64,000 nt of DNA from Polymyxa betae A26-41 (Eukaryota > Protista > Endomyxa: Phytomyxea), in contig RBZT01000409.1 of NCBI GenBank assembly GCA_003693705.1, positions 1 to 64,000 of the forward strand, read 5' to 3'. A program made the position numbers and the translations under genes. The notes under the pieces were generated by a model. That model did not search any database. It saw only the letters and a list, made by a program, of their open reading frames with translations, and was not told the origin of the DNA. Below, piece after piece: positions 10,328 to 21,617 of the stretch. Numbering within the stretch: the first letter of the stretch is position 1; every line of letters begins with the position of its first letter.

Positions 10328-12169
10328 TTACAGTATTGTGATAGATATAATAGGTGTCCATACAGTACAAGATGCTCCAATTGCTACACCGAATCCAGCT
10401 AGCGACAAAGCGAATTTATGAAGTCCAATAGACGCTCCAGTATGAAGGTTAAGTCCAAGCCCTAGACCGATACCACAGACATTAACTTCGGCTTTGCATA
10501 GCTCAGCTGCAACGAACGCGTGTAGACCAGCAATGCTCGCTTGAGCACCAACTGCTATTGTAGGGCCACGAGCCAGAGCAACGCAAGGACCAGCAACCGC
10601 CTTCGCTTCAAACAACGACGCCTTGTAATACGTCCCGAACGTCATTCGCGAGTTCAGACCGGGACGGATAGCTCCAGCGACCGAGAAATTGGAGCGATAT
10701 CCGACGGCGGGAGGACGATCGACCGATTCCACCAATGATTGAACGATGCCGGTCTCAGAGACGCCCAGATCGGATAATCCCGACCAGAGAGCGGATTCGC
10801 CATGATGACAATCTGATACGATCGTCTTCATATTCTGCAGCGTGAACAGATTGTCGTCGCTGGCGCTGAAGTCGAATTCCGACCGCTGCGACTCCTGCAA
10901 CGAGAACTTCATCGAACACACCTCGAGGAGCTCGATTTCTTGGCAGCACGCGAGATGATCTGGTAGGACGTATTCCGATATGGCGTCGATCTCGGTGGAA
11001 TGCGACAAGAAGCCGATCTCATCGTCGAGATGAAATCGGCATCTGCTCGTGATCGTAATCTCGTGATGGGCGAAATCGAGATTCGCTTCACTAAACGAAT
11101 AGGCGCTTCCGAGACTCTGAGATGAAGCAGAAGATCGTGACCATGATCTTGAACCAATCGATGATCGAGGTGTCGCAGAGAACAAAGTCGACGAACTCGT
11201 CCTAGAAGAAGACGCGTCTCTTGAAAAGGGTGGTAGATAGTCCCATACTTTAATCAGGCCAAGTTTTGCGGTCTTGAACGAGCTCAACGTCATGGCGTTC
11301 GGTCTCAGCGATGGATCTCTTCCCGATAACATCGTCATGATTCTACGAGGCGATTGCTTGACGAGTTTGTCTTCATAATACATCCGATCAGAAGCGTCGT
11401 GATCATCGCCAGGGACGGCCATACTCAGAGACAGAATCTCCATCTCGACGTCTTCTTGAATCAGCGCCCTCTTCAACTCAGCCGCATCCGAATCGACGAA
11501 TTTTATGTCGTCTGCCTTTCTCAGATCGCTGAAAATCCAGACCAGAGGCGATTCCGGATCGTGCGGTAGTACGACGAAGACGTTTCGGGCTGTGAATCCG
11601 GCCTCATGAAGACATGATAAAAGCCGATGTTGATGGTCCATGGTGAGTAATAACGATCGCAAACGAGGGCTGAGATCTGGTCCATAATCTTGCATAGAGG
11701 GAGCTGTAATCAGCAAGACGTCGATGGAGATCTGATGGAGGTCATGAGCGCTTCTATAGAGATCCTGCTCGGATGTAATGTACGTTGATAGATTCGGTCT
11801 GCTGCTGCAGAACGAAGATCTCAGGCCCGGATAGACACCATCATCATCATCATCCGGATCGGTGAGGCTGTAGGGATCAGGATCATGATGCCGAATAATC
11901 GTCGACCCAGATCGGAGCAATTTCGCGACCTGATCTGGGACATTCCCATAATGATGTTGAGCATCGTCAAGATCGTGGAAATTGACGAATTGGGCGTGAT
12001 TGGCGCCATCAATCCAGACCACATCGAACCCGCGCTCGGGACCAGTACCACCACCGATCTGCGACTCGGCAATGAATGTGTCAGCGGCTGATTGAGTTCG
12101 TACGAGGTCGAACAGCAGCCAGCATAATATGAGTGATAGTCGCAGATCTGGTAGGCAGAGATTGAGCAT
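10328..12169 (-). CDS. Intronless secreted hypothetical protein (~613 aa) with a Ser-rich linker and a Gly/Ala-rich C-terminal domain
   Basis: Long open frame. The first ATG gives a signal-like MLNLCLPDLRLSLILCWLLFDLVRTQSA. C-terminus ...ARGPTIAVGAQASIAGLHAFVAAELCKAEVNVCGIGLGLGLNLHTGASIGLHKFALSLAGFGVAIG... Confidence 0.75.
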   Translation of the reverse strand: MLNLCLPDLRLSLILCWLLFDLVRTQSAADTFIAESQIGGGTGPERGFDVVWIDGANHAQFVNFHDLDDAQHHYGNVPDQVAKLLRSGSTIIRHHDPDPYSLTDPDDDDDGVYPGLRSSFCSSRPNLSTYITSEQDLYRSAHDLHQISIDVLLITAPSMQDYGPDLSPRLRSLLLTMDHQHRLLSCLHEAGFTARNVFVVLPHDPESPLVWIFSDLRKADDIKFVDSDAAELKRALIQEDVEMEILSLSMAVPGDDHDASDRMYYEDKLVKQSPRRIMTMLSGRDPSLRPNAMTLSSFKTAKLGLIKVWDYLPPFSRDASSSRTSSSTLFSATPRSSIGSRSWSRSSASSQSLGSAYSFSEANLDFAHHEITITSRCRFHLDDEIGFLSHSTEIDAISEYVLPDHLACCQEIELLEVCSMKFSLQESQRSEFDFSASDDNLFTLQNMKTIVSDCHHGESALWSGLSDLGVSETGIVQSLVESVDRPPAVGYRSNFSVAGAIRPGLNSRMTFGTYYKASLFEAKAVAGPCVALARGPTIAVGAQASIAGLHAFVAAELCKAEVNVCGIGLGLGLNLHTGASIGLHKFALSLAGFGVAIGASCTVWTPIISITIL

Positions 12170-12435
12170 TAGCGATCTGGGGTGATGGGGTACCCCTCTG
12201 GGGTGAGGGGGTGCCCCATCCGCCACGCAGTCCGCATCAGGAGGCGATTCCCTTCCAAACGAAGAATTGCGACGCTTCGATGGCTATTTCTAGAGGCGAA
12301 TCCGGATTGCTTTAGCGATCGCCTGATTTTGCAATAATCAAGTTAACGAACAAAACTCTTCATCTAATTTTTTTTAATTTTCTAAATTTTGGTTTCACTA
12401 GTTTCCGTTCTATATGGGAGATAGTTTATAGAAGT

Positions 12436-13104
12436 TTAAGAGAAGATCTGGACACTGGATGGAGGTGTACAATTAGATAGGTTGAAGGTGGAGGTCTGTC
12501 CAGATTCATACGTGAACACAACGACAGCATCATCAACGAATAGGTTCTGGCCGCCAGCATTGAATTCGAACCAGGCGCCATTCGAGAAGGTCCCAGGTCT
12601 GCCGGCAAGCGTGGCCGACGCCGGAATCTCCCCGCCGGTGTTCAGCACGCCCAAGATTCGTGAATATCCATCCTGTGCTGATCCGGTGCGGTGAAAGCAT
12701 TGATGGGCAGATCCTGGTAATGGATTCTGTGTTGATAAAGCCACCGAGCAGCCCACTATACCAGGCTGGGCATTATTCGTCGCTTTGTTCCAAGTTTTGC
12801 CTATCATATCGATTCCACAGGAATCCGATCCTATATTGCATGTACTAACAATCACAGCAGGAAATGTGATATTCGAGTTGCAAGAGACGTCAACGACTTG
12901 TCCACATAATCCAGGGCGGTAGATCAGATTGCCTAAGGCATGGCCTTGACCAAGAGCAACAGCATCAGTGATTGTGTAGGCGCTTTCCGGTACTTGACAG
13001 CCGCCACCATCGGACTGAGATGACCAATAGGTGCCCTTGACATCTTGTGCCAATGATCCTCGAATCGAAACCGCAATCAAGACAATGACTGATAACGCCT
13101 TCAT
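12436..13104 (-). CDS. Secreted expansin-like protein, copy 2, intronless
   Basis: Signal peptide MKALSVIVLIAVSIRGSLA. Colinear with copy 1, with identical blocks CFHRTGSAQDGYSRILGVLNTGG and SNGAWFEFNAGGQNLF. Confidence 0.8.
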   Translation of the reverse strand: MKALSVIVLIAVSIRGSLAQDVKGTYWSSQSDGGGCQVPESAYTITDAVALGQGHALGNLIYRPGLCGQVVDVSCNSNITFPAVIVSTCNIGSDSCGIDMIGKTWNKATNNAQPGIVGCSVALSTQNPLPGSAHQCFHRTGSAQDGYSRILGVLNTGGEIPASATLAGRPGTFSNGAWFEFNAGGQNLFVDDAVVVFTYESGQTSTFNLSNCTPPSSVQIFS

Positions 13105-13118
13105 CGTAATGAACTATG

Positions 13119-13133
13119 ATTAGGGTTAGGGTT
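13119..13133 (+). repeat. Telomere-like / telo-box tract just upstream of expansin copy 2
   Basis: attagggttagggtt, ~15 bp 5' of the ATG (AACCCTAACCCTAA on the sense strand). Confidence 0.6.
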
Positions 13134-14327
13134 GTTTGTTGGTGTATCACAAGAGCGATAACTGAATGTTCACTTCCGAATGAATCCTCTTGGGTCGGCT
13201 CTGCTCAAGCATTTCGGATGTGACTCATCATGAAAGGAATCACGAACCGATCACCATAGTGTGTGGCACCTCGTCGAATAAAACCCAATAATAACTGGAG
13301 CCAAAATCATAGTACTTCTTAGTCGTTGTTACACAGATTCTGCCAATGCCTTTGCAGAACACAGCGTGGCAGGTTTTGCTATCACAGGATAAGAAAATCT
13401 CTCACTTTTGTTCGTCTGATAACCGAAGGTAGTACCAGTAAATGCATAAGTCCAGTATGAGAAGATATTCGTACTGATAGGCATATTTTTCTAGGGAATA
13501 TCCACCCCTATTTTCATGGGAATGAAAATAGGACTCAGAGTTTGAAGCGCGCCAAAAAAATGCAACAAAAATGCGCTGTGCAATAAAATATAGAAATAGC
13601 GAAATTGATAAGAAATCCAGCGATAAGCTTCTCGACGTCAGACCTAATCCGTCCTACCAGGTCACTGTGTTGTGTTAATTTACCCAAAGTTAACAAAAAC
13701 ACTGGCAACAGACTGCTCATTAACGAGCACGTCGTCACTTAACTCTGAGGAACTTCAACCTACATCATATAGAGGCATCGGGTGAAGCAGTTTTGGAGTA
13801 GTCTTAGCGCCAGAAATGGCCTGGTGACAGGACATGCAAATAGAGGCCCCAGGAATATATCACTATGTGCTTAGTCTGTCTTGCTTAACTTGAACAACCC
13901 TGTCGATATTCCTTGCCTCTGTTTTCATCAAGCTCAAAGGTTTTGTATATTTCATCTCGATACCGGTACGACCTCGCTGACAATACGCTCAAGCTTATTA
14001 CAGCTATCAGTTCAGGAGATCAGTGAATATCTGTAGACTGAGTATTCGTGAAGCGGATGCAGGACAAAATGCTTCTTGCAACCAATACAAATGGTTTTTT
14101 GAAATGCAGTTTCTCTATCTCCATTGAATCGTAACGTTTGATAAATGCTCAGAATTCACACAGATTGTACAGTATGGCGGCTAAGTGGATCCTCTACAAA
14201 TACAGCAATTGATTCCTTGGCGAATAGTTTTACAGGTATTTAAACAAGGTCAAAAGACAAAACCTGAATTGGGGAGGTTGCGCTTTACAGTGGAGCGCAG
14301 CCCATTGTGAGATTCATCATAAAGCTG

Positions 14328-14763
14328 ATGACGTCATCGATCTTCGAAGAGGCTCTTGTGTTAGTTCGATCGCACGACGACGGAGCGGCTGATGCCCTTC
14401 ATGCTTTACTGGAGCGAGATGATAGAGAACGGCGACGACGTCTGGCTGAAGCTGATTCCTCGCCGGACAAAGGCGTTCTCGATAGTGATGACGACCAGTC
14501 ATCATCGGCGTCGTCGAATATTATTCGTTATTGTAACAGTCCCGGTTCCGATGAGAAGTTAAAGAGAAAATCAGTAAGTCTCATTGAGTTTTACCAAAAT
14601 ATCAAACTTTCTCAAAATATTTTTTGTAATTATGGTTGGTTTTTTTCATCTTTTGAATAACTCATTGATACAGAGCTCAATTCCTGCGGGCTCGACGACC
14701 AAAACTGCCCGAAAAGTTGATTCGATTTTGAAAAAAGCTCAGGCTAAGCGAAAACGAAAATGA
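14328..14763 (+). CDS. Small hypothetical protein (~111 aa, 2 exons) with basic C-terminus (possible NLS)
   Basis: ATG at 14328. Intron 14574-14673 (GTAAGT...ATACAG) keeps the frame to ...KKAQAKRKRK*. Confidence 0.55.
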
Positions 14764-15767
14764 AGCATTCCATTTCTTGGAATGATATTATGGATGAATC
14801 GGTAAGACAGTCGTCGGGAAGGCTGGCTGGCACCGTCCAAGGGATTCGCCCCGTCCGGCTTATTTATCCGATTTCGCAAAGGGTCTGGCTTCGTAAATAC
14901 GGTAGTACTAAACAAGTCTACTATGGTCCTGGTGCCCGAGGTTTTCGGAAAGCGAGAATTCTTTTGGAAAACAAAAACAATGCAACACTTGAAAGATAAG
15001 GTGTTCGTTGTGGTTTTCTTCAACGATTTTCCAGCGACAAATCTCAACGAATTACTGTCGAAGGAAAACTTAAAGGGATTGTGTTTCAGCTCCTTCGCTG
15101 ATTGTACAACATAAACTGTCAGACTTTATTTGATTAATGAAACCTCCAATCCTTTGAGATATTTCCTTGCTCCAAAACTGGACTTCAAATAACGCAACGC
15201 TAATAATCTTGGAAAGTTTAATTGCTCTGGCTATAAAAATCTGCTCTACGACCATGGGAAGCATTTGATTTGCAGTGTCCTGTTTTGCCATTTCTCATTC
15301 ACCACTCTGGAGTCAACAGTTCTAGATCCGACGCCCGAGCTTATTCTGAATAATATTTCATGTCAAATTCCACATTCGTTAAACTCCATTAACGGTTGAG
15401 ATATTGGAAACTGTGATTGAAATGACTGACGCCTTGAAAAGACTTGATAGCAGCAATCAGCCAGTATGAAAGCCTCTGGCCTTAAAAGGCGTATCCAAAC
15501 ATACAGTTTTCTTGCTTTGAGCTCGTTTCTAAGGCATATTGTTTTCCTTAGAAAACAACGCCTGCGTCGAGAACTTTCGACCGTTTGCAATGAAACCTTT
15601 TCTTCAGGGATGAGTAAGCATTTTTTTGTTTTTGTGATAAAATAAAATGCGTTGCAGTCGCAGTTTTTGTTTTTCGAAGACTGACCCTTTACTTTCCTCA
15701 CAACCCTTTTTTTTCGAACTCCTAAAGTAGGCGGGGGAAAGCGAATATCGTCGTCATTCGGTTCCAT
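14739..15767 (-). CDS. Possible multi-exon hypothetical gene divergent from IRE1
   Basis: MEPNDDDIRFPPPTLGVRKKRVVRK start and several short minus-strand ORFs with plausible splice sites. Structure unresolved, no family recognised. Confidence 0.3.
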
Positions 15768-18700
15768 ATGTTATTGACGACGCTGTCGATAGTACTTGTC
15801 TACTTGGCAACGAAATCGACAGCGTCTCATCATGACGATGCATTGGCCGTATTGCCGACCACGAGGTCGACCTCAGAGACGATTCGTCTGCTGTTGACAA
15901 CCGCCGATGGAGACCTTGCTTTAGTCACCATCGACTCGGGCATGATTCTTTGGCGTGTGTCTGCCGAGAAGCCTATCGTGGTGATTTCATCTCCATCGGG
16001 TGGGGCGTCTGTCGAATTTGCTAACCACTTAATCGTCCCGGGCCTCGATGGCACCCTGTTTCTTGATAGAGATCGAGCACTAGATCCTTTACCGGTAAGG
16101 AACCTTCTTTCTTCTTGTTCATGGTTTTCCAGAACAATGGTTTTAATGATTCTAAGCCGATAATATTGACTTTCATGCGTTTTTCTTAGCTTTCTGAATT
16201 TGAAATATTCAATATCCATTTCCTATCTACATATTTGGACCGTCCATCGTTTTTGCTGAATTAACGCTGCTTCAAGATATTCAAAGATGCTTTTACTGCT
16301 CTTTCTTTTCGAGCTCCTTTTCTATCTATAAATGTCCCTGGTCAAAAGGGTTTAGCGATTTCATTTATCTTTTATCGTACTACCATCAATATTTTAAAGA
16401 CATCGGTTCGTTTAGGGTGTATATCGTTTTAATTTTTTTCTGAGGTTTAATTTGTCTGTTACTCCAAGCTTCGCAACGTCGCTGACATGTCGTAGGTATC
16501 GATAAAAGAGCTTGTGGATAGGGCGCCATTCCAAACTCGAGACGGGACCCGATTCCTGGCTCAGAAGCAAACCGAGGTTATGCTGCTGGATATGGTTTCC
16601 GGGGACGTTCTGCAGAGGTTTAGCGCTGACAGATGTAATGTCGATGCCGACTGTGGCTCACCCCATCCTGGAGCCGATACGAGTGCTGCCGCTGTCTGGG
16701 TGGGTCGTGCTGATTACACGATCAGCGCCATGAGACCCGACGAATGCTGGAACATGACGTATTCGGAATTTGTTCCTGTTAATCGTCCCAGCGGTGATGC
16801 TCGTGACGCCCTTTGTATGTTTGCAATATCTAGGAAATCGTTTCCAAAGATCGCGTAGGGGCTTTGCCTAAGATTCTCGCCTCGGCATCGGGCGACGTCT
16901 GGGCTCGCGATCGTTCGTCGGACCAGATTATGTGGAGAATTGAATTGGGGTCAGCTCTGGCATCTGCATATGCAATTATCGGTGACGATACTGTTAAAAT
17001 CCCCATTCAATATGTTGATGATGACCTGGATAAGCGCTTCCATGGTAAATACCTTTTTTTAGAATCAGCGATTTCAAAAATAATTTTTTTTAATTTCTTT
17101 GCCCTTGTTTTTGCTGGTACCTGTTTGGTAATGTTTCGTCTTTGTAGGCCCAGCGATTGCTCGGCTACCGACGGGCCAGGCTGTGGTCATCTCTAATCAT
17201 ATTGAATCATCGTCTGTGTTTCTTCATCCATACGATCCGTTCTTGGCAATTGCTCCGCCTCCATCAGCCCAGAATCCGGCTCTCGATCAAGGTCCCTTTC
17301 GGGCCCAGCTACCGCCTCCCGAACCTCCCTCGGTAGCTAATCTAGTTACGTATTCCAACTAACATACTTGTAGCAGCGGAGAGGTGATACATTGCAGATT
17401 ACTTTAAACTTCCCGGACTCAGCGAGTCGATTCGCGTTAATCGTTTTGCTGACGTTGTGCTCGGCGATTATTGCCCAGGCATTGGTGCGGCGCCTGATCG
17501 CGAAACTGATGATGCCGACAGCCACTTCAAAAAAGAAGAAGAAGAAGTCTCCTGTCGAGACCCAGGATAAGCTCAATCGAAACCCTGCAGATGTATTGAC
17601 GATCGGGAAGATCATTGTCAAAACGGGAAATGTTTTGGGAATTGGCAGTCAGGGCACCATCGTTTTCGACGGCATGTTCGAAGGTTGCTCGAATTATCTC
17701 TCCTTTATCGTAATCCTCCACTAGTTTTATGGATTTTTTTATTTGATCTTTTGTGTTCTTGGCTTACATAGTTGCTGCTTTACAGCTTAAAATGGAGCTG
17801 TGTTCCTCCTTAAGCTAAATATTCGGCTTATGCAGATGTTATAATTTCTATATGCAATCAAGTCGTATCTGTACATTGATTTAGACTATCTTTGGCGTAG
17901 CTTTGATAGCTATATTATTTTCAACAAAGCCAGTTGTCAGGAATAGCTGAAGACTTTTAATTCAGACCGCTCCGTTGCTGTGAAGCGCCTTCAGAAGCAC
18001 TTGTTCAGTCATGCTACACGAGAGATCGCTCTCATGATAGAAAGTGACAGCCATCCATCCGTCCTGAGATATTTCGCTCGTGAAGACGATTCTAATTTTA
18101 TCTATGTCGCCATTGAACGCTGTTACTGCTCATTAGGTAAAATTCTATTCTGCGCTCCCTCACTTTCAAACTGATCCGGAAATCAGCCGACATTGTAGCG
18201 GGAGCGACTCCAAAAGTAACGTCGCCGCTGTTGACGCGCGAGATGCGGCCGACCCCGTTTGCGTTGCGAATTCTGTCAGACTTGGTGGCCGGTGTAGAAT
18301 TTCTACATTCAATATCGATTGTACATAAGGTTGTTACTGATCTTCTATCACTGTTTGATGGATTAATCGATTCTGCAGGATATCAAACCTGCCAATATCC
18401 TCATCTCTGAAGACCACTCGTACTATTATTTTCCTTCTGCTTCTTTAGTGCTGTTCAGTTTTTCAGCATTTTCAGCATGCATCTGAAAATTGATTCTGTT
18501 TTTGTATTTCTATCCGTAGATTTCCTTCTGTCGACTTTTAGTATATTGTTTTATAACAATCTCGTTCTTGTCGAAATTTTTCGCATTCCTTTCTTCTTCT
18601 AGCGTATAATATACATTAAGCTCTTGCTTACTCGGTTGCCCAGAGCAAAAATAGCGGACATGGGCCTTTCCCTGCGTCTGGACAAAGATCGCTCATCATT

Positions 18701-19727
18701 CCATCTGAGTTCACCGGGTGCCGGCAGCATGGGCTGGCACGCTCCGGAGCTGGTACGTCTGGATCCGGAGACTCGCCTCACCCGCTCTGTCGATATTTTT
18801 TCAATCGGCTGTGTTATATACTATGTGCTAACACGAGGTCTTCACCCGTTTGGAGATAGGTAGAAACAATTGATCTGTCAAATTTGGTTGCTGTTTTTTG
18901 TTTCCGTTTTACGAGTGTTGAGAATTGCCTGCTCACCAATGTCATGTTTAGCTTTGAGCGTGATTCAAACATTTTATTGGGTCGCTACAATCTAGACCGC
19001 ATTCGACATCTTCCAGAGGCTGTTGATTTAATCCAGAGTATGCTCAGTTTTGATCCTCAGCAAAGGTAAAACCCCCATTCTTTCCGTTTCTTTTTATTTA
19101 TTTCCACTTTATAGGCCGTTATGTACCGAGGTGCTTCGGCATCCTTTTTTCTGGTCTGATGAGAAAAAGCTTGAGGTTAATCGCGTTTGTGATTTAGCAA
19201 ATAAGCTGGTGATTATTGTTTCGTAGTTCCTACAAGAAGTATCGGATCGGGTCGAGTTTGAAAAACCCGATTCACCATTACGGAAGGCTCTGGAGAGTCA
19301 GGCGGCCCGCATTGTAGGCAAAGCGTGGAATCGAATCATTGACCCATCGCTGGTTGATAATCTCGGTAAATACCGCAAATACCAATACGACTCAATTCGT
19401 GATTGCCTGCGTGTTATTCGCAACAAGAAGAACCATTATCGCGACCTGCCATCAGAAGTTCAGGTATTTATGCTTTTGTTGGCGACATCAATCCATAATG
19501 ATATTATTTTGCAGCAAAACTTGGGCGAGTACCCGTCTGGTTTTCTGTTCTATTTCACGTCAAGGTTCCCGTCTCTCTTATTATACTCGTTTGCTTTTGC
19601 TGGCCGTTTCTTTGCCAATGAGTCACCACTTTCGCGGCATTTCGTCGGGCTGTCTGAGCAATTGCTACGGAAGCATTGGCAGATCTGGGGCGGTGCTGAG
19701 CCCGAGGACGACGCCGATCTCCACTGA
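15768..19727 (+). CDS. IRE1: IRE1 ER-stress sensor kinase/endoribonuclease (multi-exon)
   Basis: Signal peptide, luminal domain (T.DG.L..., PGLDGTLF, VWVGRADYT, WNMTYSEF), TM helix, kinase (LGIGSQGTIVFDG, VAVKRL, SDSHPSVLRYF, GSMGWHAPE, DIFSIGC, HPFG) and KEN RNase domain (HPFFW, YRKY..SIRDCLRVIRNKKNHY, GFLFYFTSRFP). Confidence 0.95.
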
Positions 19728-19938
19728 ACGATACTGCATTTTGTCAAGTAATCCGCTATGTAATGCTGTTCAGGTAAAGTTGCAGACTGAAATGTCGGAA
19801 ACTCATCTGATGCTTTGCAGGTCCGAGTTCTGGAAATGCGTTATATAGACGAACCGACCAGGAATCACTTATTGTTGAGTCCTCGATCGATATATCATTG
19901 TTTTATTTTCCAGTGTTCTTTTGTATACTAATTATAAA

Positions 19939-21617
19939 TTAAGCCGGATCGCTAGTCGGGACCGCATGCCATTGTTGGCCGTCGTATTGCATCGAGCAGC
20001 GACTGGTTAACGTTGGCGGCGTCGTTGACCAGTCGACACCAGCGTACTGGAGATATTCGTCTAATGACCTCGCTGTTCCCATCCCCAATGCTTCCAACTC
20101 CGATCGATCGATTTTCTAAGCGAAATTCATTGGCGCTCGATGCTGGCAACTTAGCTGCTGTCTGATCTACCTCGTTGATTTCGTCATCTGCTGGAACCCG
20201 AGAGCTCAGAATCATTCGAGCGCGCGCCTCTGATAATCGCGCCGGAATGTCCCAATTGGGCGTCTCGGCATAGACGTTATGACGTCGCTCGCCGTACAAA
20301 TGAGTGACGAGGTTCATCCGGGGTGTGAACAGGTCCCAGCCGCTCGTCCATAAACGTGCCCCGATCCTGGAACCTGTAAGTAAGGATGCAGAACTGCAGT
20401 AATTGTTCTTACAGGATTTCTTCGCCATGGAACAAGTATGGCAGATAGCGATCGAATGGAGCGTCGTACAGCATTCGGGACCGGCCTGCCAGAAATCCGG
20501 CTCCGATAAATGGCGAATAACACGTTGTCTTCTCTCCGTTCTCATCAAGTGCGACGCCTTCCGCCATGTTCTACGATTCCATCAGCGTTAATGTCTCGGA
20601 TAACGCCGAGCTTACTTCTTTTCGGCACCAATCTGGGATCTGGTAGAGAAGGCCAGGTGGCGCCCACTCCGTCGTCACTTTGCAGTTCCTATTTTGCTCA
20701 ATCAATGCCGTGCGAAAGCGAGGTGAGCCACGTCTATACCATTGTCGCACGCTCTTACCCAGATCCTTCGCTTCCGGTGCCGGGTAATGGCTGAGAATGG
20801 CCCGAGTCGGTTCAGGCATAGCGGCGATATTGGCCAGCAACTCCTGGTCCCAGTTCTGAAGGAATTTCGCATGCGCATCGATCTGTAGAAATACCTCCTC
20901 TCCGTCCCTTTGGAAAGAATTTAGTCGTAAGTTAGCTTGAGGTTTCACTTTGAAATCCCGTTTCGTAATTGAATATCAAAGAATGTTTAGTTGAAAAGAT
21001 GCTGCAGATTACCATAACTTGGAAGAGATATATCTCGCATGTGTTGGCCCACGACTCGATTTGCAGTGAAGACGAACGAGACGAACCTGTTTTTGCCTCT
21101 CATATTCAAGTTTGCTCTCACAGGGCATATCAAGGGTCTCATTAACGCCCAGCGGTTCGCTCCACGGCTTCATCTGATCAACAACGCCGACGAATACCCG
21201 TGTCGGGTCCTTCGCCATCGCAAACATGCTTTTCAACGTATCTTGGCAAAAGTTATCGCGAAACGACGAAATCGCCACGAAGATCGTCCCTGGTCTGGGG
21301 TTCGCCACTTTTTCAGCGATGCGTCCTCGATAATCCGACACGGATTCATTGAAGAATGGCAGGTCGCCTTCTGTGTAAGTATGCTGGTCTAAGCTTAAAA
21401 TGTCACGATCAACAGTTTCCAGAGCGGCCATCGGGGCGGTCCCAGGCGTTCTCGATTTCTGCATGATGGACATTATGAGGATGACTCCCAATGTTGTCAT
21501 CGCCATCGCACTGGAAGCCACCAGCAAGCTTTGCGGCGTTGATACAATTCGGCCGAACACCTTTCCGAGCGGTGATTTCGCCTCGGTGGCGAATCGCCTT
21601 CGGCCTGGACCCAACAT
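19939..21617 (-). CDS. GT60-family UDP-GlcNAc:polypeptide alpha-GlcNAc transferase, type II membrane form
   Basis: N-terminal TM. Motifs IFVAISSFRD..C..T, RVFVGVVDQ, SRGPTHARY, LQIDAH..F..NWD, ILSHYP, AGF, PFD.YLPYLFHGEEI, RLWTSGWDLFTP, LGMGTARSLDEYLQYAGVD after splicing. Start codon uncertain. Confidence 0.85.

Noticed and set aside
12170-12226. GTG-initiated N-terminal extension of the Gly-rich ORF
   Set aside because: Eukaryotic gene; the ATG at 12169 gives a signal peptide directly
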